A stretch of DNA of 64,000 bases, taken from positions 1 through 64,000 of the forward strand of contig JANNWY010000278.1 of the NCBI GenBank assembly GCA_031409335.1, given 5' to 3'. Positions 48,332 to 57,754 of this stretch are shown piece by piece. The stretch comes from Chthoniobacteraceae bacterium. GTDB taxonomy: Bacteria; Verrucomicrobiota; Verrucomicrobiia; Chthoniobacterales; Chthoniobacteraceae. Made by a program: the position numbers and the translations under genes. The notes beneath the pieces are model-generated. The model was given only the letters and a program-made list of their open reading frames with translations. It was not told the origin of the DNA and did not search any database. The number at the start of each line of letters is the position of its first letter. The first letter of the stretch is position 1.

Positions 48332-49706
48332 TCTATTCTCCGCCCCTGTGCTCGGCATCGACCTCGGTGCTTCCTTCACGAAAGTCTCCTATCGACCCGG
48401 CTGGACTGGAGGCCAACATTACGACAAGCCGTGCCGCCTCGTGATGATCGAGAACCGGCCACTTGTGCCGTCATTGGTGATTCACAAAAAAGGCGCGTGA
48501 ACATCGTGGCTCTGCGGACAAGCGGCAGCGGGCTACCGATCGCTCAATGGCGATCAGGTCTTCACGAACTGGAAGGCCGATCTCTTTAGCAATGAGCTGA
48601 CGCTGAAAGTCAGCGGTTCGCTCAAGGCAGCGGGAGAGTTTTTCCGTTGGTTGCACGAGAAGATTTCCGCCGCCGGCATTGATGTGGCGGCTTGCCGCGT
48701 GAAAGTGTGTCTGCCGGCCTTTCCCGACATCGAGCGGCCCACCTCGATCCTCGGGCAGGAGATGGAGTTGTCCGGCTGGCAGAATGCCACCGTCAGCCGT
48801 GTGATGGAGCCGCGCGCGAATACCGTCGGCGTCTTCGGAGAAGGGCGTAACATGCTCTTTCGCCCAGCACCGCATGCTGACGTGAATCCACACTACGGAG
48901 TGATGTATCCGCAGGGTTCGCCTCTGCTAAATCATCTGCGTCAGTATGGCCTCTTCGACGGCCCACGCCACGCAACGATCGTGATTGCGGACATCGGTTC
49001 ATTTACTACGGACCTGAGCATCGTGGATTTCGATGCCGGCGCGGACGGCGACTTCATCGCCAACACCGAGCAGACGAGCTACAAAGTCGGCATCATTGCA
49101 GGTTTTGAAGAACCGCTGCTCGATTACTTGAGCGGGCGTCACGGATTCACAGTTGAAGGGCTGACGTTCGAGGAACGCGAGGCGATCAAGCGGGCGTTCG
49201 CGCTCGGGGAATCGTTCGTGCTCACGCTACCGGGAAGTCAAAACATCAAACTCGGCGATGCAGCCGATCAAACGGTCGCACGGCAAATCGCGGCTGAGTT
49301 GGCGAGCCGCGTGTGGGATTCCTACCGCGAGAAAACCGCGCAAAAGCATGTGAAGTATCTCATCCTCACAGGTGGCGGGAGCGTCGCACCGCTCGTCCGC
49401 GATGCGGTTCACGCGCGATTTGCCGACGCAAAGGTTGCATGGGCAGATGTGGATGGAATGGAAACCGAAAACGGTGAGGTTGGGGATCTCCGCCGCTGGC
49501 CCGATACAGGTGAGACGCTCGCACGTCTGGCAACCGCTCTTGGTGCAGCATCCGTTATCCTTGACCTTCCGGTTGGCTCTCCGCCGCACGAGGAAACATC
49601 AATCGGCCCGATCGAGTCGCCTTGGGTTCCATGCGGCTGCCAAGGAGGAAACAAAGAGTGTATGCGCTGTGGCGGACGTGGGATGTATTTGCGCCAAGGG
49701 ACGTGA
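48324..49706 (+). pseudogene. Actin/Hsp70-fold ATPase with a C-terminal Cys cluster, interrupted by an in-frame TGA at 48498-48500
   Basis: ATG 48324 gives MPDLFSAPVLGIDLGASFTK, in frame with ORF 48651..49706 (VMEP, IADIGSFTTD, LTGGGS, CGC...CMRCGGRG). Confidence 0.75.
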
Positions 49707-49750
49707 GGGAAGTTCGCGAAGGCGGGACGCCAGAGTTCCGCCGCATCGCA

Positions 49751-51955
49751 TCAGAAAAAGTAATCGAAATTCTCCTCGCTCCCCGCCTTTCGCCGGATGC
49801 GGAAAACGTGCGCGGGATTGGTCTGCGGATCGAGCCGCACGAAATTGCGGCGGCCCGTCCAAAGGTAGCGCGCGTCGGTCAGGAGATCGTGGACTTGATA
49901 GGTCTCGCTTTCGCCGAGGCCGAAGTCTTCGAGTGGCACGGACACGAACGCATCCTGCGTGTGCCACGCGTCGAGATTCACCACGACGAGCAGGAGATTG
50001 TCGCGCGCGACCGTGGCTTTGGAATAGCAGAGCACGAGATCGTTGTCGGCGTTTTGGAAGCGCAGATTGCGGAGCTGATGCAGCGCGCGGTTTTCGCGGC
50101 GGGCGCGATTCAGGCGCGTCACGACTTCCTTGATGTTGCCCGGCGCGTTCCAGTCGCGCTCTTTCCACTGATACTTTTCCGAGTCGAGATACTCTTCCTT
50201 CGCCAGCTGTTTGTAGTCCCACTCGCAGAGATTTAGGAAATGCCGCACGTCCGCGGCGGGGTCGATGCCCGCCTTCCACAGCCCCGCGTTTTCGCACAGT
50301 TCGAAGCCCGAATAGATGCCGTAAACCGGCGAGAGCGTAGCCGCGAGCACGGCGCGCACGATGAACGCGGGGCGGCCGCCGAATTGCAGGTAGCTCGGGA
50401 GAATGTCGGGCGTGTTTGGGAAAAGATTCGGGCGCATCGTTTCGGCCACTTCGCCCTGCGTCAGTTCGCTGAAATACTCGGTGAGTCCGCGCTTGGTATT
50501 CCGCCAGGTGAAATACGTGTAGCTCTGCGTGAAGCCCGCCTTCGCCAGCGCGTGCATCATTTTCGGCTTGGTAAACGCCTCGCTCAAAAACACCGCATCC
50601 GGCCAGCGCCGCTGCACGCGCGCGATCATGTATTCCCAAAACGTGACCGGCTTCGTGTGCGGATTATCCACGCGGAAAACGCGGACGCCGTGCTCGCACC
50701 AGAATTCGATCACGCTCGCGAGCTCGCGCCACATCGCGCGCCAGTCGGCGTTGTGGAAGTTCATCGGATAGACGTCTTGATATTTCTTCGGCGGATTCTC
50801 GGCGTATTTGATCGTGCCGTCGGGCCGCTTGTAGAACCAGTCGGGGTGCTCGTGGACGTAGGGATGATCGGGTGAGCAATTGATCGCAAAATCCAGCGCG
50901 ACCTCCATCCCGCGCGCGTGGATTTCCTTCACCAGCCAGTCGAAATCCTTGAGCGTGCCCAGCTCCGGCGCGACATCCTTGTGCCCGCCGCCGTTCGGGC
51001 ATTGCTGGTGACGATTCCCGATCGCATAAGGCACGCCGGGCTCATCGGGTTCGCACGTCACCGCGTTGTTGCGGCCTTTGCGCGCGGTGATTCCGACCGG
51101 GTGGATCGGCGGGAAATAAATCACGTCAAAGCCCATCGCCTTCGCATCATCCACGCGCGCGAGGCAGTCGCGAAAAGTGGAGCCCTTGTCGCCGCGGCCT
51201 TCCGCCGAGCGCGGGAAAAATTCATACCAGGCCGCGAAGCATGCAGCCGTGCGATCGACGAGGATGCGCGCGTAGTTTGGCCGGTAAGCCGACTCTTCGA
51301 CGACCGCGACTTTCTTCTTCGTCTTTGCAGCAGCGGCCTTCTTCTTCTGCAGCGGTTCGATGTCGATCGACGCAAACGTCTCCGCTGGATTCAGCGTCCA
51401 CTCCGAAGCCTCATGCCGATCCGCCCACGCCGTCATCAGGGCTTCGAGTTCGTGATCGTGCAGAAGATCGTTCACCTGCACTGGCGTCGCCGCGCGAATC
51501 CTCTCCGCAAACGCATTCAACCGCTCGGTGTCGTGTTTGCGTTTCGCGTGTTTCGCCAATTCCGCCGCCTTCGCCACGAACCCCGCGCCTTCCAGCGTCT
51601 CGCTCTGCAAGTCCTTCAAACCTGCTGCAAACTTCGTCGCAAACTCATGCTGCCACGTCCGAAAAAAATCGCCCCACGCCTCGATCGTGAATTCGTAAGT
51701 CGCGTTCTCATAAACCGAAATCGTCCCGTGCCAGCGATCCATCGTGTTTGGGATCGGCGTCATCGGCGTCTCGTTCCACTTCACTCCGCCCGCCTTCCGC
51801 CATTTCAAAACCGCCGACACGACATCGTGGCCATCCTTGTAAACATCGGCCTCCACGGTCGTATCCTCGCCAATGCAGCGCTTGATCGGATAGCGCGCGT
51901 TATCGACCAGCGGGCTCACGTTTTCAATGACGACGGTCGGTGGTCGGGGAATCAT
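49751..51955 (-). CDS. glgE: Alpha-1,4-glucan:maltose-1-phosphate maltosyltransferase
   Basis: WYEFFPRS, GFDVIYFPPIHP, AENPPKKYQD, FRVDNPHTKP, QSYTYFTWRN, NTPDIL. Confidence 0.96.
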   Translation of the reverse strand: MIPRPPTVVIENVSPLVDNARYPIKRCIGEDTTVEADVYKDGHDVVSAVLKWRKAGGVKWNETPMTPIPNTMDRWHGTISVYENATYEFTIEAWGDFFRTWQHEFATKFAAGLKDLQSETLEGAGFVAKAAELAKHAKRKHDTERLNAFAERIRAATPVQVNDLLHDHELEALMTAWADRHEASEWTLNPAETFASIDIEPLQKKKAAAAKTKKKVAVVEESAYRPNYARILVDRTAACFAAWYEFFPRSAEGRGDKGSTFRDCLARVDDAKAMGFDVIYFPPIHPVGITARKGRNNAVTCEPDEPGVPYAIGNRHQQCPNGGGHKDVAPELGTLKDFDWLVKEIHARGMEVALDFAINCSPDHPYVHEHPDWFYKRPDGTIKYAENPPKKYQDVYPMNFHNADWRAMWRELASVIEFWCEHGVRVFRVDNPHTKPVTFWEYMIARVQRRWPDAVFLSEAFTKPKMMHALAKAGFTQSYTYFTWRNTKRGLTEYFSELTQGEVAETMRPNLFPNTPDILPSYLQFGGRPAFIVRAVLAATLSPVYGIYSGFELCENAGLWKAGIDPAADVRHFLNLCEWDYKQLAKEEYLDSEKYQWKERDWNAPGNIKEVVTRLNRARRENRALHQLRNLRFQNADNDLVLCYSKATVARDNLLLVVVNLDAWHTQDAFVSVPLEDFGLGESETYQVHDLLTDARYLWTGRRNFVRLDPQTNPAHVFRIRRKAGSEENFDYFF

Positions 51956-51971
51956 GCGCGCCCAATCTGAA

Positions 51972-52859
51972 TCACGCCGGCCATTCGCGGCAAGCCTCGC
52001 CCGCCGATCGTCGCGGACGCGACTGCGCCAAACCCGCGATCCACTTTCCTTTGCGCACGACGCGCGTGATTTTGAAACCGACCCGTCGAAATGCTGCGAG
52101 CACTTCCGCCTCCTGCGTGCGGAGGATGCCGGAGAAAACAAGGTGCCCGCCCGGTGCCGTCGCCGCTGCGAGCTTCGGCGCGATTTCGATCAACAGGCCG
52201 CTGAAGATGTTTGCCGCCACGACTTCCCATGTCCGATCCGGCGTCCACTCGCGGACATCGAGCTTCCGCATCGTCGCGCTGCCCATCGCGTTCGCGCGCA
52301 CGTTTTCCTTTGCCGTCCGGACGGCGTGCGGATCGAAATCCGCGCCGAGGCATTTTCGCGCGCCGAGCACGCGGGCGGCGAGGGCGAGAATGCCGCTGCC
52401 GCATCCGAGATCGAGCATCTCCCATTTCCGCCCGGCGAGGTCGTCCGCGACATCCGCAAGCAGCCGCAGGCACGTCGCCGTGGTCGCGTGTTCACCGGTG
52501 CCAAAGGCCATGCCCGCCGGAATCACCAGCACGGGCACGCCGCGCTTCACCGCGGCGCGCTCCCGTTCGCTCGTGATGACCGCCAGTTTCCCGCGCACGA
52601 CGATCGGCGCGCGGGGTTTCGCGAGCGCGGCTGGCAGGATCTTTTTCTGCACCGAAACCGCCCCACCAAACATCTTCCGCAATCTCTCCGCCTCGGGTTT
52701 CTTGAGTTGGAAAATCTCGATGCGCAGCAGCTTCGCATTCGCCGGTTGCGTGATCGCGAGCCGGTCCGCAAAGCCCGTCAGCCGCTCCACCCACGCGTCC
52801 TCCCACTTCGCGCTCGCGAGTTTCCGCCACACGAAAACCACCCGTCCCGCGCCGGTCAT
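51972..52859 (-). CDS. prmA: Ribosomal protein L11 methyltransferase
   Basis: PAGMAFGTGEHATT, LDLGCGSGIL, VAANI, FSGIL. Confidence 0.9.
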   Translation of the reverse strand: MTGAGRVVFVWRKLASAKWEDAWVERLTGFADRLAITQPANAKLLRIEIFQLKKPEAERLRKMFGGAVSVQKKILPAALAKPRAPIVVRGKLAVITSERERAAVKRGVPVLVIPAGMAFGTGEHATTATCLRLLADVADDLAGRKWEMLDLGCGSGILALAARVLGARKCLGADFDPHAVRTAKENVRANAMGSATMRKLDVREWTPDRTWEVVAANIFSGLLIEIAPKLAAATAPGGHLVFSGILRTQEAEVLAAFRRVGFKITRVVRKGKWIAGLAQSRPRRSAGEACREWPA

Positions 52860-53581
52860 TTTTTCCGGAAAACGATGATGTGCTGGATCGGCAAAACTGG
52901 GATCGTCTCGACCCATTCGAGCGGCTGGAGCGACATCTCCTTTTTCACCTGCGCCTCGCTCATCTTGTGGACTTCCTTGATCGGCACGTTCGGGTCTTCC
53001 TTCCGAAATTCCACGAAGACGATGCGCCCGCCTTTCTTCAGCGCCTTCACCATGTTCGCGATCATCTCGTATGGCTGGTCGAACTCGTGATACACATCGA
53101 CCATGATCATCGTGTCGCACGATTCCGGCGGCAGCTTCGGATCGGTCACTTCGCCCATGATCGGCTTCACATTTTCGATGCGAAACATCGCCATTCGCTT
53201 TGCGAGCAGGTCGAGCATTTCCTGCTGAATATCCACGCCGTACACGATGCCGGTCGCGCCGACTTTTTTCGCGATGCGGCGTGAGACGTAGCCGGAGCCG
53301 CAGCCAATATCCGCGACGATTTCGCCTTCGCGAAACTTCAGCGCGTCGATCATCAGGTCGGTTTTCTCCTCCTCCTCGCGCTCAGGCCGCTCCAGCCAGT
53401 CCGCGGCTTGATGGCCCATGACGCGCGCGATTTCGCGGCCCATGAAAAACTTCCCGATGCCATTTCGATCATGCTCCGCGCGCGTCTCGTAAAGCGGCAC
53501 GGGCGGCTTGGCGAGATCGTCGGCGAGGAGCGGCGCGACGAGCGCGGCGACGAGCAGGGACGCGATGCGGAGGGCGGACAT
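52856..53581 (-). CDS. Exported class I SAM-dependent methyltransferase
   Basis: Signal peptide, MGREIARVMGH, VADIGCGSG, VDVYHEF. Confidence 0.88.
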   Translation of the reverse strand: MSALRIASLLVAALVAPLLADDLAKPPVPLYETRAEHDRNGIGKFFMGREIARVMGHQAADWLERPEREEEEKTDLMIDALKFREGEIVADIGCGSGYVSRRIAKKVGATGIVYGVDIQQEMLDLLAKRMAMFRIENVKPIMGEVTDPKLPPESCDTMIMVDVYHEFDQPYEMIANMVKALKKGGRIVFVEFRKEDPNVPIKEVHKMSEAQVKKEMSLQPLEWVETIPVLPIQHIIVFRKK

Positions 53582-53608
53582 GGACAGGAGATTGACGGTC
53601 GAGCGCGG

Positions 53609-54364
53609 TCAGTCGATCCAAATTCCGCGATAGACCCGCGGTGCGAATCGGCTGCCGCGCGGCACGGTGAAGGGCCGCGCGTCCGGCCCCGCGGTGCGGC
53701 GGGGCAGGAGCGACATCGCGCTGAGCGTTTCGAGATCGAGCCGCCCGGTCATCACGAGATTCTGCCGGCGCTGATAGCCGAGCAGCGCCTCCTCGGTCGC
53801 GGGGCCGGGATCGCCGTCGATAACCGTGCGGTAATAACCGCCGCGCGCCAGGAGACTCTGCGCCTTGCGCACGGTGCTGGCCTGCACTTCCGGCGGCGCG
53901 GACTCGTACGGAGTGCGGGCGAAAATGTGGGAGTAATCCACGCGACCGGGATCGGGCGGCGGATTCAGCGGCGCGGGCGGGCTCACTGCCGATGGATCGC
54001 GCGCGCTGCGTTCTTTCGCACTTTCCCTGCGGAGGAAATCGCGGTCGCTTTCCTCCACGGTTTCGCCGCGGCGGAGATTGATCGGATCGTCCTTTTTAAT
54101 GGGCGCGGGAGTGGCTTGCACGGGTGCCTCGTCGCCGCCGAGTCCGAGCCCTTTCAGGGTTTCCTTCGTGAGCGTGCCGGTTACTTCGTAGCCATTGCGA
54201 ATCTGGAATCGGCGGATGGCCGCCGTCGTTTCCGCACCGGCAGTGCCGTTCACTTCGGCGTAGAAAAAACCGAGTTCCTTCAGTTCCGTCTGCACATTTT
54301 TCGTAAGTGTATCGGCGCGCAGCATCGCGCTCGAAAGGAGCAGGAGGAGGAGGATTCGTTTCAT
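53609..54364 (-). CDS. Secreted protein with two peptidoglycan-binding (PG_binding_1) domains
   Basis: Q..L...G.....V/IDG..G..T..A...F/YQ....L..TG.L occurs twice; signal peptide MKRILLLLLL. Confidence 0.85.
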   Translation of the reverse strand: MKRILLLLLLSSAMLRADTLTKNVQTELKELGFFYAEVNGTAGAETTAAIRRFQIRNGYEVTGTLTKETLKGLGLGGDEAPVQATPAPIKKDDPINLRRGETVEESDRDFLRRESAKERSARDPSAVSPPAPLNPPPDPGRVDYSHIFARTPYESAPPEVQASTVRKAQSLLARGGYYRTVIDGDPGPATEEALLGYQRRQNLVMTGRLDLETLSAMSLLPRRTAGPDARPFTVPRGSRFAPRVYRGIWID

Positions 54365-54393
54365 CGGGAGTGGGCGGAAAAGTCCGACGAGTC

Positions 54394-55170
54394 TTACGGC
54401 GTTTCCATTCGACGCTCCAGCTTTGCGAGCTTCGCGGGTTCGGGCACCCGCGGCCGCGATTTCACATAGCTCATCACGCCCTCGACGATCGCCGTCGCGA
54501 GGCGCTCGCGGTATGGCGGATTCGCCACCAGGCGCGCCTCCACCGGATTGCTGAGAAAGCCGGCCTCGACCAGCACGGATGGCCCGCGCACGTGGCGGCA
54601 GACAAACAGGTCGCGACGCTTGATGCCGCGGTTTGACGCATCGGTGCGGAGGACGAGCGAAGTCTGCACGTAACCGGCAAGCGTCTCGCCGCTCTCGCAC
54701 TGCGAAGTGTCCGGCTTGTTAAAAAATCCGATCCACGTCCAGGCCGTCTCGGGCGGCACTTTCTCCGTCTCGAAAAACGTCTCCACGCCGCTCGCCGACG
54801 ACTCGGAGTTTTTGTTGAAATGCAGGCTCACAAAAATGGAATCGTCCGTCTTGTTCCCGATGGCCGCGCGATCGGCGAGGCTCACGTAGCGATCGTCGGT
54901 GCGGGTGAGCACGGTCGGAAATCCGAAGACGCGCAGCCGCTTATCCACGCGTTGCGCGAGATCGAGCGTGAGATTCTTTTCCACCAAACCGCGCCCGCGC
55001 GCTCCCTCGTCGCGCCCGCCGTGGCCGGCGTCGATGACGACCGTGGGCAGCGCGCCACCGCGGGAATTCGCGCCGCGATCCTCCCTCGTCGGGTCTTCAT
55101 CGGGAGTGATGACAAAGGTGAGGCTGCCGACGAGGACGACGAGTCCCACGCACGGCATGGTGTTCCGCAT
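54394..55170 (-). CDS. N-acetylmuramoyl-L-alanine amidase (Amidase_3)
   Basis: VIDAGHGG, EKNLTL, FVSLHFN, VLVEAGFLSN; start codon uncertain. Confidence 0.92.
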   Translation of the reverse strand: MRNTMPCVGLVVLVGSLTFVITPDEDPTREDRGANSRGGALPTVVIDAGHGGRDEGARGRGLVEKNLTLDLAQRVDKRLRVFGFPTVLTRTDDRYVSLADRAAIGNKTDDSIFVSLHFNKNSESSASGVETFFETEKVPPETAWTWIGFFNKPDTSQCESGETLAGYVQTSLVLRTDASNRGIKRRDLFVCRHVRGPSVLVEAGFLSNPVEARLVANPPYRERLATAIVEGVMSYVKSRPRVPEPAKLAKLERRMETP

Positions 55171-55243
55171 GCGCAGACCTTTGCACAGGAAGGCGCACGC
55201 GCCAAGGAATCGGCGCAGGCGGCTCGTGCGATTCCGGGCGCGT

Positions 55244-56026
55244 TTATTTCGCTTCAAGACCGGGTCGGATGTCCGCTTCGCGCAGCGCGCGCCATGTCGC
55301 GGGAAATGCGGCGCTGTGTTCCAAAACCGCTGCCTCGATCGACGCCGAGCCGAGATGTTCCGCGCGATGTTTCGCGATCGTGTCGTCGCCGGGAAGTTCG
55401 TCGTCGGAATCCTCACCGAGCGCGCGATGCCCGATTGCCCAAGCGTCGAAAGCCACGTCCAGCGCGTCATCGAGCGATTTGCCAGTGATGCTTTTTGAGC
55501 CGAGAAATTTCTCCATCAGCTTCGCCGCCCGAGCCGTCCCAGCGATCACGCCGAATTCCTCGAACGCATGTCCAAACGCGCCGCCATTCGTGTGAATGGA
55601 GCCGTCGTAATCGAGCCGCAGGAAAAGATTCGGCGCATCGCCGCGACCGAGTTCCGCGAAAAGCAGCCGCGCCAGGTAAGGCGCGCCATACACCTGCTCG
55701 AACGCGGCTTTCAGCGCCGGACTCAGCGAATAGTTCGCCAGCCGCCGCAGCGAAACATCCAGCGCCGCGCGGGCGAAACCTTCGGTGCCCGTGAGCTCGA
55801 TCGCCGCCATGCGCAGCCGCTCGATGTCGCCCGGATGCCCGATCGCACCCATCCCGATGCGATCGTAAATCTCGAACAACTTCTGCCGCTCACGACTCAG
55901 CGTGAGCAGCACGATGCCATCCCGATAAGTCAGCGCCACAATCGGGCTCCCGCCCGAAATCTGCGTCTCGATGTACTCGCGACGATTCGCGATGGCTTCG
56001 ACCCAGCGATACGGTTCTTCAATCAT
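55244..56026 (-). CDS. prcA: 20S proteasome alpha subunit
   Basis: EPYRW..AI..RREYI, GSPIV, KLFEIYDRIGMGAIG, LDYDG; same operon as the beta subunit. Confidence 0.85.
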   Translation of the reverse strand: MIEEPYRWVEAIANRREYIETQISGGSPIVALTYRDGIVLLTLSRERQKLFEIYDRIGMGAIGHPGDIERLRMAAIELTGTEGFARAALDVSLRRLANYSLSPALKAAFEQVYGAPYLARLLFAELGRGDAPNLFLRLDYDGSIHTNGGAFGHAFEEFGVIAGTARAAKLMEKFLGSKSITGKSLDDALDVAFDAWAIGHRALGEDSDDELPGDDTIAKHRAEHLGSASIEAAVLEHSAAFPATWRALREADIRPGLEAK

Positions 56027-56043
56027 GGGAAATTGTTCCTATC

Positions 56044-56634
56044 CTAAAAAATCAATCCGTTGATCAATGTGCGAGACAACGAGTCTAAGAAAGCATTTAC
56101 CCTGGGTTTCGAGGTCGCCGCAGGCTCACAAATGTAGAAGCCACCGACTGAGCCACAATGGCTTCCGATCATCTCCTGACGATATTGTGCAGGTGAAAGC
56201 GATTTAAGCCACGCTTCGTAGAAAACATCGGCCTGTTCAGCGCAAAAGTCCCGAGCTTGGACCGCGATGATATTTGCTGTGTTCACCGCGACCTCTGGCT
56301 CAACGTCAAATACCCTCAATTCCCAAATATCAGAATATCCACGGAAATCGTCTCGATACGTCTCCACAGTTTTCCATGGAGGCCACTGCCATTTGATGGG
56401 CGGTCTCTTCGCGGAGATTCGGAAATCTTTTCCAGATTTCACAGCCATCTCGCGAACCGTCTCAAGGCCATCAATGTTAAAATCTCCGGCCTTACACGCT
56501 TGAAAAACAACGGTGCCAACAGATTTTTTCGGACCAGCTTCACCGGAGTCGCTGATACCTAGACAAGCAATTCCAGCCAAAGACAGGAATGCCAGCAACA
56601 CCATTACCTGCGGTTTTCGAATAACCGAAGTCAT
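56044..56634 (-). CDS. Hypothetical membrane-anchored protein (lower GC) between prcB and prcA
   Basis: N-terminal TM segment; AT-richer than its neighbours. Confidence 0.6.
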   Translation of the reverse strand: MTSVIRKPQVMVLLAFLSLAGIACLGISDSGEAGPKKSVGTVVFQACKAGDFNIDGLETVREMAVKSGKDFRISAKRPPIKWQWPPWKTVETYRDDFRGYSDIWELRVFDVEPEVAVNTANIIAVQARDFCAEQADVFYEAWLKSLSPAQYRQEMIGSHCGSVGGFYICEPAATSKPRVNAFLDSLSRTLINGLIF

Positions 56635-56639
56635 ACGGT

Positions 56640-57455
56640 TTATGCGACCTTCTCCTTGAACATCCGCGCCAGCCGCTTCTCGGGAAGCGTGATGATGCCA
56701 TCGCCGGTCACGATTTTCACGATCGGATACACGCGACCGCGGCGGTCCACGCCGCCGGTGGCAGTGTCGGATTCGGCGGCGGTGTCGAGGGCGCGCATGG
56801 CGAGGAGGACGGCTTCCTCCTGCTTGAGTTTCGCGAGCGGCTTTTTGCCCCAGCTATTTTCGTAGTAGAGAATGCTGCGCACCGCGCCGGAACCGGAGCC
56901 GGTCGCGGCGTAGTCGGCGGCCTCGAATTGCGCGCCCATCGCGTCGTAAAAATACAGGCGCGCGACTTTCGCCTCGTGATCGTAGGTCGAGAAGATCGGC
57001 ACGACGACGCCGACGCCCTGAAGCACGAGCCCGAGATTGTCCCGCAGCAGTTTGGAAAGCGCGCGCACCTTGCCATCGAGACTCATTTCCTGGAGCTGAC
57101 TGCGCCGGTAAAACTGAAACGAATGCTCCAGCACACGCGCCATTTCCCAAGCCGTGGCCGGCACGCCCGCGATGGCCATGAGCGAATGCCGGTCGATCTC
57201 CAGCACTTTGTCCGCGCGATCGTACACCACGAGATTTCCTGCCGTGGCGCGCCGGTCGCCAGCCACGAGCACGCCGTCGGCGAATTTGAACGCGAGGATC
57301 GTGGTCGCCTGCGTCGGGTCCGGCATCGAGTGCGCGGCGGTTGCGGTGGCGGCGGGGATTTGCGGGAGCAGATTTTGCCGGCGCAGGAGCGCGGCGAAAT
57401 CCTCGGGGGCAGTGGCGCTCGTATCCGCGAGACGCAGCGGCGCGCGTTCGATCAC
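56640..57455 (-). CDS. prcB: 20S proteasome beta subunit with propeptide
   Basis: A|TTILA Ntn nucleophile, AGDRRAT.GN, DKV, ATGSGS, D..TGG. Confidence 0.92.
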   Translation of the reverse strand: MIERAPLRLADTSATAPEDFAALLRRQNLLPQIPAATATAAHSMPDPTQATTILAFKFADGVLVAGDRRATAGNLVVYDRADKVLEIDRHSLMAIAGVPATAWEMARVLEHSFQFYRRSQLQEMSLDGKVRALSKLLRDNLGLVLQGVGVVVPIFSTYDHEAKVARLYFYDAMGAQFEAADYAATGSGSGAVRSILYYENSWGKKPLAKLKQEEAVLLAMRALDTAAESDTATGGVDRRGRVYPIVKIVTGDGIITLPEKRLARMFKEKVA

Positions 57456-57631
57456 TGGCCGGTGCGCTGGCGGTAGCGGCGCGACTGGTTGGGATCGACC
57501 TTCCGCATGCGTTGCAGCAGGTCTTTGGTGTTCGGCTTGGAAACGTCGGGCGCTTTCGGCCCGTCGCCACCGCCGCCTTCATTCGGGCCCCACGGTGCGG
57601 GGCCGACCGGTTTTTGCGTCCGTTCAGGCAT
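57452..57631 (-). CDS. ubact: Ubiquitin-like protein UBact (59 aa; absent from the ORF track)
   Basis: MPERTQKPVGPAPWGPNEGGGGDGPKAPDVSKPNTKDLLQRMRKVDPNQSRRYRQRTGQ*; stop overlaps the prcB GTG. Confidence 0.92.
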   Translation of the reverse strand: MPERTQKPVGPAPWGPNEGGGGDGPKAPDVSKPNTKDLLQRMRKVDPNQSRRYRQRTGQ

Positions 57632-57754
57632 GAGCGGACACTACGTTTGACATTTGAAAAGGCAAGCGGGTGTGCGGGAAGAAACGATGATTCGGCCGCG
57701 CTTCAACTTCTCCGGCGCTTGCCACTGCGCGCGGAAAGTGAGAGCGTCCAGCGC

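Larger units (their letters stand above)
46673..49750. mobile_element. Decayed genomic island between the duplicated glgE 3' ends
   Basis: Flanking diverged 300-bp direct repeats, cargo genes in opposite orientation, gene remnants; no integrase seen. Confidence 0.65.

Noticed and set aside
48498..48500. Selenocysteine at the in-frame TGA
   Set aside because: Loop position with no redox motif; the downstream hairpin is weak evidence in GC-rich DNA; no sel genes in the window
46277..49718. 11-bp inverted repeat CGCGAACTTCC / GGAAGTTCGCG near the island ends
   Set aside because: Too short, not aligned with the glgE repeat boundaries, and no transposase present
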